DNA from: an uncultured Candidatus Saccharibacteria bacterium
GTDB lineage: Bacteria > Patescibacteriota > Saccharimonadia > Saccharimonadales > 2-12-FULL-41-12
DNA length: 64,000 nt
Assembly (NCBI GenBank): GCA_964404795.1
Contig: CAYOLI010000002.1
Coordinates: 71,766 to 135,765, forward strand
Direction of reading: 5' to 3'
Each line of letters begins with the position of its first letter. Position 1 is the stretch's first letter. The position numbers were made by a program, and so were the translations under genes. This document shows positions 54,719 to 64,000 of this stretch, piece by piece. Below the pieces are notes generated by a model. The model was not told where the DNA came from. It ran no database searches and saw only the letters and a list, made by a program, of their open reading frames with translations.

Positions 54719-55282
54719 TTAAATCTTTAAGATATCAGTTTCTTTAGTATCCGAAAGCTTTTCGACTTGATCTTTGTACTGGCTCATTAGTTGATCTACC
54801 TGTTTGCTAACTCGCGCAAACTCATCTTCGCTAATGTCTTTGTCCTTTTTTGCATCACCCAACAATTTCAATGCTTCATGACGAACATTACGCAAAGCAA
54901 CCATACTGTCTTCTGTCTTTTCCCTCAGAACTTTCACTATCTGCTGACGACGTTCTGTGGTCAGTGGCGGGACGGGAATACGAATTACCCTTCCATCATC
55001 AGTGGGATTTAACCCTAAAGATTGATTGTCTCTAATTGCGTTAACTATCGCTTTTATGTTGGTTGGATCAAACGGAGAAATCTGCAACAGTTGTGGTTCT
55101 GGTGTCGTTATCGTTGCTAGTTGAATAAGGGGCATCTGCTGACCATACGCCTCCGCAGAGACCCCGTCTAACATACTCGGATGTGCCCTGCCAGTGCGCA
55201 GCTTACCTAATTCTTCTTTATGCCTCGCTATTGCTTGTTCAAATTTGTTCTTGGCATCTTCTGCTACTTGACTTGGGCTCAT
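54719..55282 (-). CDS. frr: ribosome recycling factor
   Basis: HKEELGKLRTGRAHPSMLD and IRIPVPPLTTERR are present. Confidence 0.95.
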   Translation of the reverse strand: MSPSQVAEDAKNKFEQAIARHKEELGKLRTGRAHPSMLDGVSAEAYGQQMPLIQLATITTPEPQLLQISPFDPTNIKAIVNAIRDNQSLGLNPTDDGRVIRIPVPPLTTERRQQIVKVLREKTEDSMVALRNVRHEALKLLGDAKKDKDISEDEFARVSKQVDQLMSQYKDQVEKLSDTKETDILKI

Positions 55283-55321
55283 CAGATTCTCCTCTTACGC
55301 TTACGTATAGAATAAGCTAAA

Positions 55322-55912
55322 CTACGCTACTTCGCCAACTGCCATCCTGCTAAAACGACGAATAACAATATTCTCACCTAATTTTGCAATATGCTCCTTC
55401 AAATAATCGTTGACTGACTGATCGGGGTTTTTCACAAATGGCTGGTCTAAAAGACATTTTTCAGAAAAATACTTTTTACTCATACCCTCGGCAATCTTGG
55501 CAATCATTTCCGCTGGCTTGCCTTCATCTTTTGCTTTTTCGCTAAATTCTTGAGCGATTTTATCTAAATCTGTTTTCGGTATATGTTCTTGACTCACGTA
55601 CTCTGGAGCAGTAGCAGCTATATGCATTGCAATATCTTTAACAAAGTTATTAAAAATATCATTCCTGGCTACAAAATCAGTTTCGCAATTAATCTCGACT
55701 AATACACCTATTCGATTATCATGATTATACGTACCCACTACTCCAGCGCGGGCCTCCCTTTCACCTCTTTTCTCGGCTTTCGTAAGACCTTTTTTTCTCA
55801 TTGCCTCTAATGCTTTATCGAAGTCACCCTTGCTTTCAACTAGCGCATTTTTAGCGTCGGTTATACCAACACCCGTTAGCTCTCTTAGTCGCTTGATACT
55901 TTTAATATCCAC
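55322..55912 (-). CDS. tsf: elongation factor Ts (short form)
   Basis: IKRLRELTGVGITDAKNAL forms the UBA-like N-terminus. I prefer the GTG start at 55912, preceded by GGGAG and lying 1 nt after the rpsB stop. The longest ORF (to 55984) would overlap rpsB by 71 nt. Confidence 0.85.
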   Translation of the reverse strand: MDIKSIKRLRELTGVGITDAKNALVESKGDFDKALEAMRKKGLTKAEKRGEREARAGVVGTYNHDNRIGVLVEINCETDFVARNDIFNNFVKDIAMHIAATAPEYVSQEHIPKTDLDKIAQEFSEKAKDEGKPAEMIAKIAEGMSKKYFSEKCLLDQPFVKNPDQSVNDYLKEHIAKLGENIVIRRFSRMAVGEVA

Positions 55913-55913
55913 T

Positions 55914-56633
55914 CTACTCCCCTTTCTCAGAATCGGTGGTTTTCTTAACCTTTGTTTTGCCCGCGTTAATTGCATCAACCACATAGTCAGTAATTAAATC
56001 TATAGTTTTAATCGCATCATCGTTTGCGGGTATCGGATAATCTGCACGGTCTGGGTCTGCATTGCTATCGATTATAGCAACGACTGGAATATTTAATTTT
56101 CGTGCCTCTTTAATAGCATTTACATCCTTTATGGCATCTGTCACGAAAACAGCCCCTGGATGCTTCTCCATATACTTTATACCTCCGTAAAGAAAGTTAA
56201 GAGAATCGATTTCTTCCTGAAAACGCTGGATTTCTAACTTGTTGTACTTGTTAGCTAAAGCCCCCGAATCCATTTGCTGCTCTATGTCTTTTAGGTGTTT
56301 TATCCTGGCGTTCATGGTAGATGAGTTAGTCAACATACCGCCCACCCAACGCTCTACGACAAAGGGCATTTCTGTTGTTTCGGCAGCTTTTTTAATTATG
56401 TCTTTTGATTGCCGTTTTGTTCCCACCAGCAAAATCTGTTTTTGATCACTAGCAACGCTACTTAGAAAATTAAGGGCAACTTCTAGATTTGATGCTGTCT
56501 TGAATAAGTCAATAATATGACTACCATCTCGTTTGGAATGAATATAGGTTGCCATTTTTGGATGCCAACGACTAGTTTTGTGTCCAAAATGCGCGCCTGC
56601 CTCTAATAATTTCTTTACATCTACCGATGTCAT
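55914..56633 (-). CDS. rpsB: 30S ribosomal protein S2
   Basis: LLEAGAHFGHKTSRWHPKM and ERWVGGMLTN are present. Confidence 0.95.
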   Translation of the reverse strand: MTSVDVKKLLEAGAHFGHKTSRWHPKMATYIHSKRDGSHIIDLFKTASNLEVALNFLSSVASDQKQILLVGTKRQSKDIIKKAAETTEMPFVVERWVGGMLTNSSTMNARIKHLKDIEQQMDSGALANKYNKLEIQRFQEEIDSLNFLYGGIKYMEKHPGAVFVTDAIKDVNAIKEARKLNIPVVAIIDSNADPDRADYPIPANDDAIKTIDLITDYVVDAINAGKTKVKKTTDSEKGE

Positions 56634-56746
56634 GTTGATTCCTTTCTCTTTGCATCAGGGGCCAATTCGTCGCCTACACGGCTGTCACGCTTGGAGGAAA
56701 TTTCCCTAAGCTGCTTAATTAATACTTGCCGCCTATTATACTACTG

Positions 56747-56775
56747 TTGAATGTTATTAGCAAGTACGCTATACT
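56747..56775 (+). promoter_or_regulatory. putative promoter TTGAAT-N17-TATACT upstream of rpmE2
   Basis: TTGAAT lies at 56747-56752, followed by a 17-nt spacer and TATACT at 56770-56775. Only 11 nt separate it from the ATG and no SD is present, which implies a near-leaderless mRNA. Confidence 0.4.
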
Positions 56776-56786
56776 ATTAACTCATT

Positions 56787-57113
56787 ATGAAAAAAGGAAT
56801 TCACCCAGAGAACTATCGGCCTGTTGTGTTTCAAGATATCAGCAATGGGGCAACATTTTTAACCAAATCGACCGCTTCAAGCGAAGAGACGATTGAGTTA
56901 GACGGTACAAAATACCCACTCATTAAGGTACACATCTCGAGTGCGTCTCACCCATTTTATACCGGTCAAGAAAAATTGCTCGACGTTGAAGGACGTGTTG
57001 ACAAGTTTAAAGCACGAACCGAGGCAGCCAAAAAAGCTCGCGAGGCATTAAGTACTAAGCAAACAAAGTCCGCTAAACCCAAAAAGTCATCTTCTGCAAA
57101 AAAAATTGGGTAA
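56787..57113 (+). CDS. rpmE2: 50S ribosomal protein L31, type B (no zinc-binding Cys)
   Basis: [17 protein letters not shown] is present and the CxxC motif is absent. The protein has an extended lysine-rich C-terminus. Confidence 0.9.
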   Translation: MKKGIHPENYRPVVFQDISNGATFLTKSTASSEETIELDGTKYPLIKVHISSASHPFYTGQEKLLDVEGRVDKFKARTEAAKKAREALSTKQTKSAKPKKSSSAKKIG

Positions 57114-57203
57114 AACAATCTGTAACGATAATTTTTTCTAATTATCTCGTCAATATTGATATTCGTGCAATTGCAATAATCAGATAAACTATGAAGTAAA
57201 ATC

Positions 57204-58256
57204 ATGAACAATAAAGAACATCAACTAAGAGAAGAGCTTAAAAAGATACAAGACCAACTGCAAAACCCTGCAATCTATACTGATCCAAGTTATCCAAAAT
57301 TAGCAAAAAGACAAAAAGAACTCGAAGAAATTATTAGTTTGTTTAATCAATTAGCAAAAAACCAACAGGCATACGAGGCATCACAGAAGCTTGCACAATG
57401 CAAAGACGAACTAGCTGACCTCGCAAAGGCCGAGCTTGAGGATTTAGAAAAGCAAAAAGGCAAAATCCTAAAAGCACTAGATAGAGCATTAACACCAAAA
57501 GACCCCAACGATGATCGTGATGTAATAGTAGAAATTAGAGCCGCCGCTGGAGGAGATGAATCAAGCTTGTTTGCTGGAGAGCTATATCGTATGTACGCCA
57601 GGTGGTCAGAGAACCACGAATACAAAGTTGAGCACATCGATGATAGCCCAAACGAAGTTGGTGGATACAAAGAAATTAGTTTTGCCATCAGAGGCGAAAA
57701 CGCTTATAAAAATCTCAAATTTGAAGCCGGCGTGCATCGAGTCCAGCGTGTTCCAACGACCGAATCACAAGGCCGGGTCCATACCAGTACTGTTACAGTT
57801 GCCGTGATGCCCGAGGCCGAAGAAACCGATTTGCAAATTAATCCCAACGACCTTAGAATTGATGTTTTCAGAGCCAGTGGCCACGGTGGACAGAGTGTAA
57901 ATACTACCGATTCGGCTGTTAGAATAACTCACTTACCTACCGGCACAGTGGTTACTTGCCAGGATGAAAAGTCGCAGCTCAAAAATAAAGACAAAGCAAT
58001 GGGCGTTCTAAGATCGCGCTTATTACAAGAAAAAATTGATACTCAGAACGCAAAATTATCGGAAGCCCGACGAAAGCTAATTGGTTCTGGAGACCGAAGC
58101 GAGAAAATTCGAACCTACAATGTTCCTCAAGACCGGATTACCGACCACAGAATCGGCTATAGTCGTAGTAACGTACTAGGTGCGCTAGATGGCGACATCG
58201 ATGATTTAATCGAAAACCTACAATCTTTCGAACATAAATTAATTCAAGCCGAATGA
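57204..58256 (+). CDS. prfA: peptide chain release factor 1
   Basis: RVQRVPTTESQGRVHTS provides the PxT-type motif and GHGGQSVN provides GGQ. Confidence 0.95.
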   Translation: MNNKEHQLREELKKIQDQLQNPAIYTDPSYPKLAKRQKELEEIISLFNQLAKNQQAYEASQKLAQCKDELADLAKAELEDLEKQKGKILKALDRALTPKDPNDDRDVIVEIRAAAGGDESSLFAGELYRMYARWSENHEYKVEHIDDSPNEVGGYKEISFAIRGENAYKNLKFEAGVHRVQRVPTTESQGRVHTSTVTVAVMPEAEETDLQINPNDLRIDVFRASGHGGQSVNTTDSAVRITHLPTGTVVTCQDEKSQLKNKDKAMGVLRSRLLQEKIDTQNAKLSEARRKLIGSGDRSEKIRTYNVPQDRITDHRIGYSRSNVLGALDGDIDDLIENLQSFEHKLIQAE

Positions 58257-59065
58257 CAATTGCTAACTGGCTGTTTGACTCAATGATAAAACTCAAAGAC
58301 GCCGGTGTTGACGCCCCCAGGCGTGACGCTCTGGTCTTACTAGAAGATACCCTATCAAAAGAACGCTCTTGGGTACTAACACATTCCGATTACGACCTAA
58401 ACACTAAAGAGTTAAACAAAGTAAACAAGCTCATAAGTAGCAGGATTAAACGTATCCCGCTGGCCTACATAAGAGGCAAAACGTGGTTTTACGGCCGATT
58501 TTTTTTAGTTACTAAAAGTACTCTAATTCCCAGACCAGAATCTGAAATACTTATTGACCTTTTAAAAGAGTTACCGAAGATTGATCGACTCATAGATATT
58601 GGAACCGGATGTGGTGCGCTAGCAATTACGGCAAAACTAGAACTGACAATCCCCGAAGTTATTGCGACCGACATAGATGAATCGGCCCTGTCTGTAGCCA
58701 AAAAAAACAACTCGTTGCACAAAACCACTGTAAATTTTGTGGTAGGGTCTCTCTTGGGTCCAATAGTCCACGATATCGAAAAAAATACCACAATTATCGC
58801 TAACCTACCCTACGTGCCAACCGATCTAAAACTAGAACCCGAGCTCTACCAAGAACCTCAATTTGCGTTGTTCTCTGGAACAGACGGACTCAACCACTAT
58901 CGAAAATTTTGGAATGAGATCCAGCAACTGCCAATTAAACCCAAATTTATTCTTTGTGAGTCATTAGATGCTCAGCATCAAAAACAAAAAGAACTTGCAA
59001 GATTGGCTGGCTACAAGCACAAATCTTCGGTGGGCTTGATTCAAATTTTCGAAACGACAAAATAG
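58253..59065 (+). CDS. prmC: release factor glutamine N5-methyltransferase PrmC/HemK
   Basis: The gene is coupled to prfA by an ATGA overlap. It carries DIGTGCGALAI (SAM motif I), and its motif IV reads NLPY rather than the usual NPPY. Confidence 0.8.
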   Translation: MTIANWLFDSMIKLKDAGVDAPRRDALVLLEDTLSKERSWVLTHSDYDLNTKELNKVNKLISSRIKRIPLAYIRGKTWFYGRFFLVTKSTLIPRPESEILIDLLKELPKIDRLIDIGTGCGALAITAKLELTIPEVIATDIDESALSVAKKNNSLHKTTVNFVVGSLLGPIVHDIEKNTTIIANLPYVPTDLKLEPELYQEPQFALFSGTDGLNHYRKFWNEIQQLPIKPKFILCESLDAQHQKQKELARLAGYKHKSSVGLIQIFETTK

Positions 59066-59077
59066 TTTTAGATATTA

Positions 59078-60259
59078 TTATTCTTGTGGCGACGACTCTA
59101 GCGTTGCCTCAATTGTGATTGTTTTACCATCTCTAATTACGGTTAATTTAACTTTATCCCCCACACTATACCTGCCAAGAATCGATGTAAGTGTATTACT
59201 TTTATCGACAACTTTATCATCAACTTTAATGATGATATCTTTTGGATTTAGTCCGGCCTTTTCGGCGGGGCTACCGCTCAAGATTGGAGAATTATCGTTT
59301 GACGGTGCAATATATGCTCCCTCTTTTTGATTCAAGTCAAAATCTTTGGCAATTTGATCATCAAGCATTACATAACGAACACCCAAATATGGCCTTTGCA
59401 GCTTCCCCTTATCAAGAACGCTTTTAATAATTCCCGACAAATCACTAATTGGTATTGCAAAGCCAATATTTTGGGCAGTACCACCCGCTACGGCCGTATT
59501 AATGCCAATTACTTGGCCATTCATGTTAACTAGCGGTCCACCCGAATTGCCTTGGTTAATTGCCGCATCGGTTTGAAATAAATTCTGTAAATTTTCGCTC
59601 GATGAATCATCACCTGCCTCTACACTGCGCCCATAACCAGAAATAATTCCCGACGTCACCGTATTTTGAAATTCTCCCAGCGCGTTACCAATTGCAACAA
59701 CCCGCTCGCCCACCTGGACCTTAGTAGAATCTCCAATTTGTGCTGACTTGAGATCTTTTCCCTTTTTGTTGTTAATCTTCAAAAATGCTACATCAAGCGA
59801 ATCACTCTCGTTAGTTCTACCAATAACCTCAACATCTTTAAGCTCCGTGCCATCCGACAATGTAATACTTACCGAAGATGTCCCCTTCGGCACTACATGA
59901 CGATTAGTTATTACAATGCCCTTATCGGCGTCAATTATTACTCCAGTACCAGCACTTTCCTGAGTCATCGGGCGAATTCCAAAAAAAGTTTGTTGAGCGG
60001 TCTTGGTCGTAGTGTTAATCGACACAACACTGGGTCCAACGTCTTTGGCAATTTTGGTTATCAGATTGCTTTCGCTTGTAACTACAGACTGTGCGTGCTC
60101 AACACTCACAGGGTTTATTCCTCGTTGTTTTGCTCCAAAATAACCCCCCAAAAATCCTGCACTGACACTGAGTAACAACAGCAATACAACACGAGCCAGT
60201 TTTTCACTTAACAATCCTTGGCTTCGTTTTTTTACTTCTTTTTTCTCTTCTTGTTGCAT
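59078..60259 (-). CDS. htrA: HtrA/DegP-family serine protease with one PDZ domain
   Basis: An N-terminal TM segment is followed by TNRHVV (His), GNSGGPLVN (Ser) and a C-terminal PDZ domain. Confidence 0.9.
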   Translation of the reverse strand: MQQEEKKEVKKRSQGLLSEKLARVVLLLLLSVSAGFLGGYFGAKQRGINPVSVEHAQSVVTSESNLITKIAKDVGPSVVSINTTTKTAQQTFFGIRPMTQESAGTGVIIDADKGIVITNRHVVPKGTSSVSITLSDGTELKDVEVIGRTNESDSLDVAFLKINNKKGKDLKSAQIGDSTKVQVGERVVAIGNALGEFQNTVTSGIISGYGRSVEAGDDSSSENLQNLFQTDAAINQGNSGGPLVNMNGQVIGINTAVAGGTAQNIGFAIPISDLSGIIKSVLDKGKLQRPYLGVRYVMLDDQIAKDFDLNQKEGAYIAPSNDNSPILSGSPAEKAGLNPKDIIIKVDDKVVDKSNTLTSILGRYSVGDKVKLTVIRDGKTITIEATLESSPQE

Positions 60260-60306
60260 CCCTAATAACTATTATAGCGTGTATTTACTTATAGTTTGCT
60301 GATATT

Positions 60307-61059
60307 TTAAATCGCCTTATTACCCCAGTTTGAAAAAGCTAATATTACCAAAATAGCAGTTATCATTATTATCATTATTTGACGACGTACGCCACTAGAT
60401 AAACGATCTGTTTCTTGCAAATAATACAACCCGCCAACGCCATAACCAACTACGAGAAGTATAAGTGCGGCCTGAGAGACGGGACCGTAAAAAAGCAGCC
60501 AGTGCCCCAGCACCCAAATAAGAGATGCCGCAAAATATCCCCAACAAGCCGAAAGTATCTGCGCATGCGGCTCATCAAAACTTGCCAAAAAATGTCTAGC
60601 CGAGTAATAGGCAATGAAGCCATAAGCAACTACATACACAACCAGGGGCATGTCTTGATATACCAAAAAGATCGCCGAAAAACCAACTGCTTGCGCGACC
60701 ACGGACTGCAAAGAAACCATCACAGGCGAAGACCTTGGCTTAATAACCATCACCCAAACCTCAAATAATACTAACCAAAACACCTGCCAATAAAACAGGT
60801 GGGTGCTAGTCATGAAAGCCAAAAAACCAATACTAACAATTATATCTACCGCATTAGTCCTAATGTGTGCCACCCAATAATGAAGCTTGACAGCAAACAT
60901 TCGCCACTTACCAAGCAATATGATAGCTAGTGCGACCAAGCTTAAATCAAACTGAACCAATCCAAAGACCACCAACGGCAGCAATCCGGTAAATGCAATG
61001 TGTACGATATGTGAAAACCCTTTGGTGGGTTTTATTTTTGTTGATATAAATGTTGCCAT
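60307..61059 (-). CDS. polytopic membrane protein, function unknown
   Basis: About 7 hydrophobic segments are present. No motif was recognised. Confidence 0.5.
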   Translation of the reverse strand: MATFISTKIKPTKGFSHIVHIAFTGLLPLVVFGLVQFDLSLVALAIILLGKWRMFAVKLHYWVAHIRTNAVDIIVSIGFLAFMTSTHLFYWQVFWLVLFEVWVMVIKPRSSPVMVSLQSVVAQAVGFSAIFLVYQDMPLVVYVVAYGFIAYYSARHFLASFDEPHAQILSACWGYFAASLIWVLGHWLLFYGPVSQAALILLVVGYGVGGLYYLQETDRLSSGVRRQIMIIMITAILVILAFSNWGNKAI

Positions 61060-61086
61060 TACTAAAATTTAAAAGGCAACTTTATT

Positions 61087-62757
61087 TTAAGATGCCCCTT
61101 GATCTGCACCTAGTATTATAACAAAGTCTGCATTGCCTGAATTAATATTGCTATCTGGCAAGTTAGAAGTTGCTATGGTCTTAAACCGTTGCTCTAAATA
61201 TCTTTTAGTATACTTTTTACTGCCTCCACGCATATCAACAACAATTGTCCGAGCGTAATCTTTTGTTGGCGCATTAGCAACATCTGTCACGTTATAGCCA
61301 TAAGATTTCAGCTCATCAGCTTTAGCGGTAGCAAGACCAGGTACTCTTGTTCCGTTTAACACCATAACGCTAGCGTTTTCATTCTTTATAAAACTATCTT
61401 TTAGGGTGTTCCGAATAAAGGATTGTATATCTTTATAGTTATTTAGTCCGGCTTTTGGAACTACGACCGATAGCCCACCAATCGAACTAGTTGTTAAATA
61501 ATCATGTGGAGGATCAACCAGTCCAATAGATTGAACTTTGTTACTTGGAATCTCTTTAGAGATATCATAAAGTCGACCAATATCTTGCAAACTAAAATTA
61601 GTCTGTACATGGCTACCTAAATTGTCCAGCAAGCTTGACACCTTTGCCGGATTAGAAAAGGTTCCAAGCGACAATACCTTATCTTTAAGGGCGACCAAAA
61701 TAATTCGCTGTCTTTCAGACCTATCAAAATCACCACGAGCACTAGTGTGTCTTGACCGAGAGTATGCTAACGCCTTAAATCCATCCATGTGTTGCTGGCC
61801 TGGTTTTACATCAAGCATATAGTTCCGACCATTGATCCACATTTGTTCTTTTACAGCGCTAGGAGCATTAAGGTCTATACCGCCTACTGTATTTATTGCT
61901 TGTTCAAAACCTGCAAAATCAACCATTACATGATAGTGAATTGGAATACCAAGAACTTTTTCTACCATATCTTCTGTTAAGTTAAATCCCTCCTGATCCG
62001 CCTGATTACGGACATCAGCATTCGGTTTAGAGTATTTGTTCAACACACTGCTCTTGCCGGCCGAAAAAACCGCATTTATTTTCATCGATCCTTTATTTGG
62101 TACTGCAACGTAAAGATCTCTAGGAATACTTACCAAAGCTGCCTCTTTATCGATTGGATTGATACTAGCCACTATCATTGTATCTGTTAAATCAGCACCA
62201 TCATGCCCTTCTCCACCTCGGCCAAGTAACAATATATTTACTCGTCCATCGCCCTCACCGTTTAGCTTGGACGGATCAACATCTTTTTGTAGTGCTGCAG
62301 CCCCGCCATCACCACCCAAAATTTTTCTCAAATTTAAGTATCCCTTAGCAAACAAAAACCCGCCAATAAGCGCCAAAATTACTAACAATATCACTAAAAT
62401 TCGGGCAATCTTTTGTTTTTTTGAGTGTTCTCTCCATCTTTGCAAAAGAGATTTATTACTTTTTTTTCGGTTCTTAAATAGTCCAATACGTTTTTTCGAC
62501 CTCTGTTCTTTTGGTGGGTCAAAGGATTTACGAGCCGGTTGATGCGACTGAATATCAGCCCCTAAACTTGCATTGGCCTGTGGATGATGTATTCCTTCCT
62601 CCCTGTCAAACGAACTTATGGTGCTATTAGGACGATATGATGAAGGTCGACCAAAATCCATGCGACCAGTGCGCCCAGACACGTTCAACGGCGTAACGCC
62701 ATCTATCGATACTCTACGCTTCTGTTTTTTTGGTTGCTTTGGGCGAATATCGTCCAT
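61087..62757 (-). CDS. LytR-CpsA-Psr (LCP) family cell-wall glycopolymer transferase with a LytR_C-like C-terminus
   Basis: A basic cytoplasmic N-terminus and a TM segment precede ILLLGRGGEGHDGADLTDTMIVASI, SIPRDLYV and RSRH, which are typical of LCP. Confidence 0.85.
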   Translation of the reverse strand: MDDIRPKQPKKQKRRVSIDGVTPLNVSGRTGRMDFGRPSSYRPNSTISSFDREEGIHHPQANASLGADIQSHQPARKSFDPPKEQRSKKRIGLFKNRKKSNKSLLQRWREHSKKQKIARILVILLVILALIGGFLFAKGYLNLRKILGGDGGAAALQKDVDPSKLNGEGDGRVNILLLGRGGEGHDGADLTDTMIVASINPIDKEAALVSIPRDLYVAVPNKGSMKINAVFSAGKSSVLNKYSKPNADVRNQADQEGFNLTEDMVEKVLGIPIHYHVMVDFAGFEQAINTVGGIDLNAPSAVKEQMWINGRNYMLDVKPGQQHMDGFKALAYSRSRHTSARGDFDRSERQRIILVALKDKVLSLGTFSNPAKVSSLLDNLGSHVQTNFSLQDIGRLYDISKEIPSNKVQSIGLVDPPHDYLTTSSIGGLSVVVPKAGLNNYKDIQSFIRNTLKDSFIKNENASVMVLNGTRVPGLATAKADELKSYGYNVTDVANAPTKDYARTIVVDMRGGSKKYTKRYLEQRFKTIATSNLPDSNINSGNADFVIILGADQGAS

Positions 62758-62771
62758 ATTTATTTAGGTGT

Positions 62772-62804
62772 CGTAGGCAGATGTACCGCGCGCGGACTCC
62801 TACG
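62772..62804 (-). promoter_or_regulatory. GC-rich hairpin / palindrome in the LCP 5' region
   Basis: CGTAGG (62772-62777) pairs with CCTACG (62799-62804). The stem encloses the all-GC palindrome CCGCGCGCGG (62786-62795) and lies 15-47 nt upstream of the LCP start codon. Confidence 0.3.
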
Positions 62805-62982
62805 CTTCTATTAATATCCTTTATTACTTAGATGTGTCTGATAAACATCAAATTTATTACGATTAAGCTAAGCTCAATAAGCCGTTATTATAGCTTTATT
62901 ATTATCTTTTCGTAAACCTTTGACCATTAATTTTGCAATTAACAAAACTATAAAATCGGTAGATGTGTGGTACTCTTAAACG

Positions 62983-63618
62983 GTGAAATCACATCAGCTA
63001 CACGTCGAAACCGACCACGACCAGCCAACTATTACGCCCTCTAATAAAAAAGAGATCCTATCCACTCTTGGGGTAATTATAATTGCACCAGTTATTGCAC
63101 TACTGCTAACAGCTTTTGTTTTCCAGTCGTACGAAGTCGATGGGCCAAGCATGGAGCGCACGCTCTTTAATAAAGATAGGTTAATTGTCGACAAAGTTCC
63201 CAGAACCTGGTCCAGGATTACTGGCAACAATTGGCAGCCAAAAAGATACCAAATAGTAATTTTCAATCATACCGAAACTTATGGTCTAGAATCAGTGGAA
63301 ACCAAACAATTGATAAAAAGAGTCATCGGCATACCTGGTGATAGAGTTGTTGTTCAAGATAACGAAGTAACCGTTTACAACAATGAACATCCAGATGGCT
63401 TCAAAGTCGATCAGTTTGGTCCAGAGTCAAGCGTTATCGGTATAACCACCGCATCCCAAAACATCGATCAAGAAATTAAACCCGGAGAGATTTTTGTTAT
63501 GGGAGACAATCGCCCAAACTCTCTCGACTCACGATCTTTTGGCCCAGTAGAAGTGAAAGATCTGGTCGGCAAACTATCGCTTCGGATTTATCCTTTCAAC
63601 GAAGTAGAGCGGTTTTAG
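62983..63618 (+). CDS. lepB: signal peptidase I
   Basis: GPSMERTL carries the Ser nucleophile, KRVIGIPGD carries the Lys, and GDNRPNSLDSR is also present. The start is GTG. Confidence 0.9.
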   Translation: MKSHQLHVETDHDQPTITPSNKKEILSTLGVIIIAPVIALLLTAFVFQSYEVDGPSMERTLFNKDRLIVDKVPRTWSRITGNNWQPKRYQIVIFNHTETYGLESVETKQLIKRVIGIPGDRVVVQDNEVTVYNNEHPDGFKVDQFGPESSVIGITTASQNIDQEIKPGEIFVMGDNRPNSLDSRSFGPVEVKDLVGKLSLRIYPFNEVERF

Positions 63619-64000
63619 CCAATCATTTTTTTTGTAATATCGTTTAGCTCTTTATCGGATGAAAATGCAATCTGTATCTTACCACCCCTGCTTCCGCGAT
63701 TAATTGCAACCTTCGAGCCAAAGTAACCACTTAGCTTTTGGCTAAGGTTATTATCTCTACTCGAAATAATTCTTTTTTGTTTTGGGGATTTTCCGGACTT
63801 AATTTGATTGGCATAACTTTCGCTTGTGCGAACAGACCATTTGTCCTGGATTATAAAATGCAACAACTTTATTTGTTCGTCCGGGAACTCTCTAAGAGCC
63901 AAAATGGAACGTGCATGACCTTCACTAATCGTACCCTCATTCAATGCGTCTTTTGCCTCTTGAGGTAATTGCAATAACCTGACAATGTTTAGTATTGTCG
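63615..64000 (-). CDS. parB: chromosome partitioning protein ParB/Spo0J, C-terminal part (gene continues beyond the window end)
   Basis: The frame is open to the window edge. NIVRLLQLPQEAKDALNEGTISEGHARSILAL is the ParB HTH region. Confidence 0.85.
   Translation of the reverse strand, partial: TILNIVRLLQLPQEAKDALNEGTISEGHARSILALREFPDEQIKLLHFIIQDKWSVRTSESYANQIKSGKSPKQKRIISSRDNNLSQKLSGYFGSKVAINRGSRGGKIQIAFSSDKELNDITKKMIG

Noticed and set aside
1-64000. Alternative genetic code (UGA recoding, as in some CPR lineages).
   Set aside because: RF2, which reads UGA, is present and intact. TGA terminates many well-supported genes at their expected C-termini (doc, the kinase-like gene, ftsX-coupled junctions), and ATGA overlaps are common. 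The standard bacterial code fits.
1-64000. Search for CRISPR arrays, tRNA/rRNA genes, transposases, integrases and prophage structural genes.
   Set aside because: I saw no regularly spaced direct repeats, no tRNA-like T-arm/acceptor patterns in the intergenic gaps inspected, and no proteins with DDE, tyrosine-recombinase or serine-recombinase motifs.

Overview
This is a gene-dense, low-GC, streamlined bacterial window with about 75 protein genes, roughly 85% of them on the minus strand. I recognised no rRNA, tRNA, CRISPR array, transposase or integrase. The gene content and order fit a Patescibacteria/CPR organism, most likely Saccharibacteria-like (inference only). The supporting features are a minimal mraZ-rsmH-ftsL-PBP-ftsW-murG-ftsQ cluster, a secA-M16-prfB-ftsEX-CHAP-ctp-pyrG block, an LPXTG surface protein, a sigma-region-4/HARE-HTH fusion, a ProRS lacking the INS domain, and frequent ATGA start/stop overlaps. 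The standard genetic code applies, because RF1 and RF2 are both present and TGA ends well-supported genes. Most of the window is housekeeping: translation factors, aaRS, ribosomal proteins, cell division, secretion and proteases. An accessory island of about 10.6 kb (13.86-24.5 kb) lies between the mraZ upstream region and glyQS. It carries orphan proteins, a NYN-RNase three-gene module, three type II TA pairs (Doc/AbrB, PIN/RHH, HicAB), a DUF262-HNH nuclease, an M.EcoRI-family N6A methyltransferase with a small Rx4H protein, and a 22-codon relic of a second DUF262 gene. The most interesting observations outside the island are these:
- A 7-TM heliorhodopsin-like protein keeps the TM7 lysine but appears to have relocated its counterion.
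- A translationally coupled histidine-kinase/response-regulator pair has lost both phospho-sites (H->G, D->E).
- A promoter-to-terminator unit of about 380 nt contains no ORF and is a candidate structured RNA.
- A 563-nt non-coding gap is bracketed by identical 17-mers.
- An array of helically phased GTGGG boxes lies upstream of mraZ.
All functional calls rest on motif recognition by eye; no database search was run.
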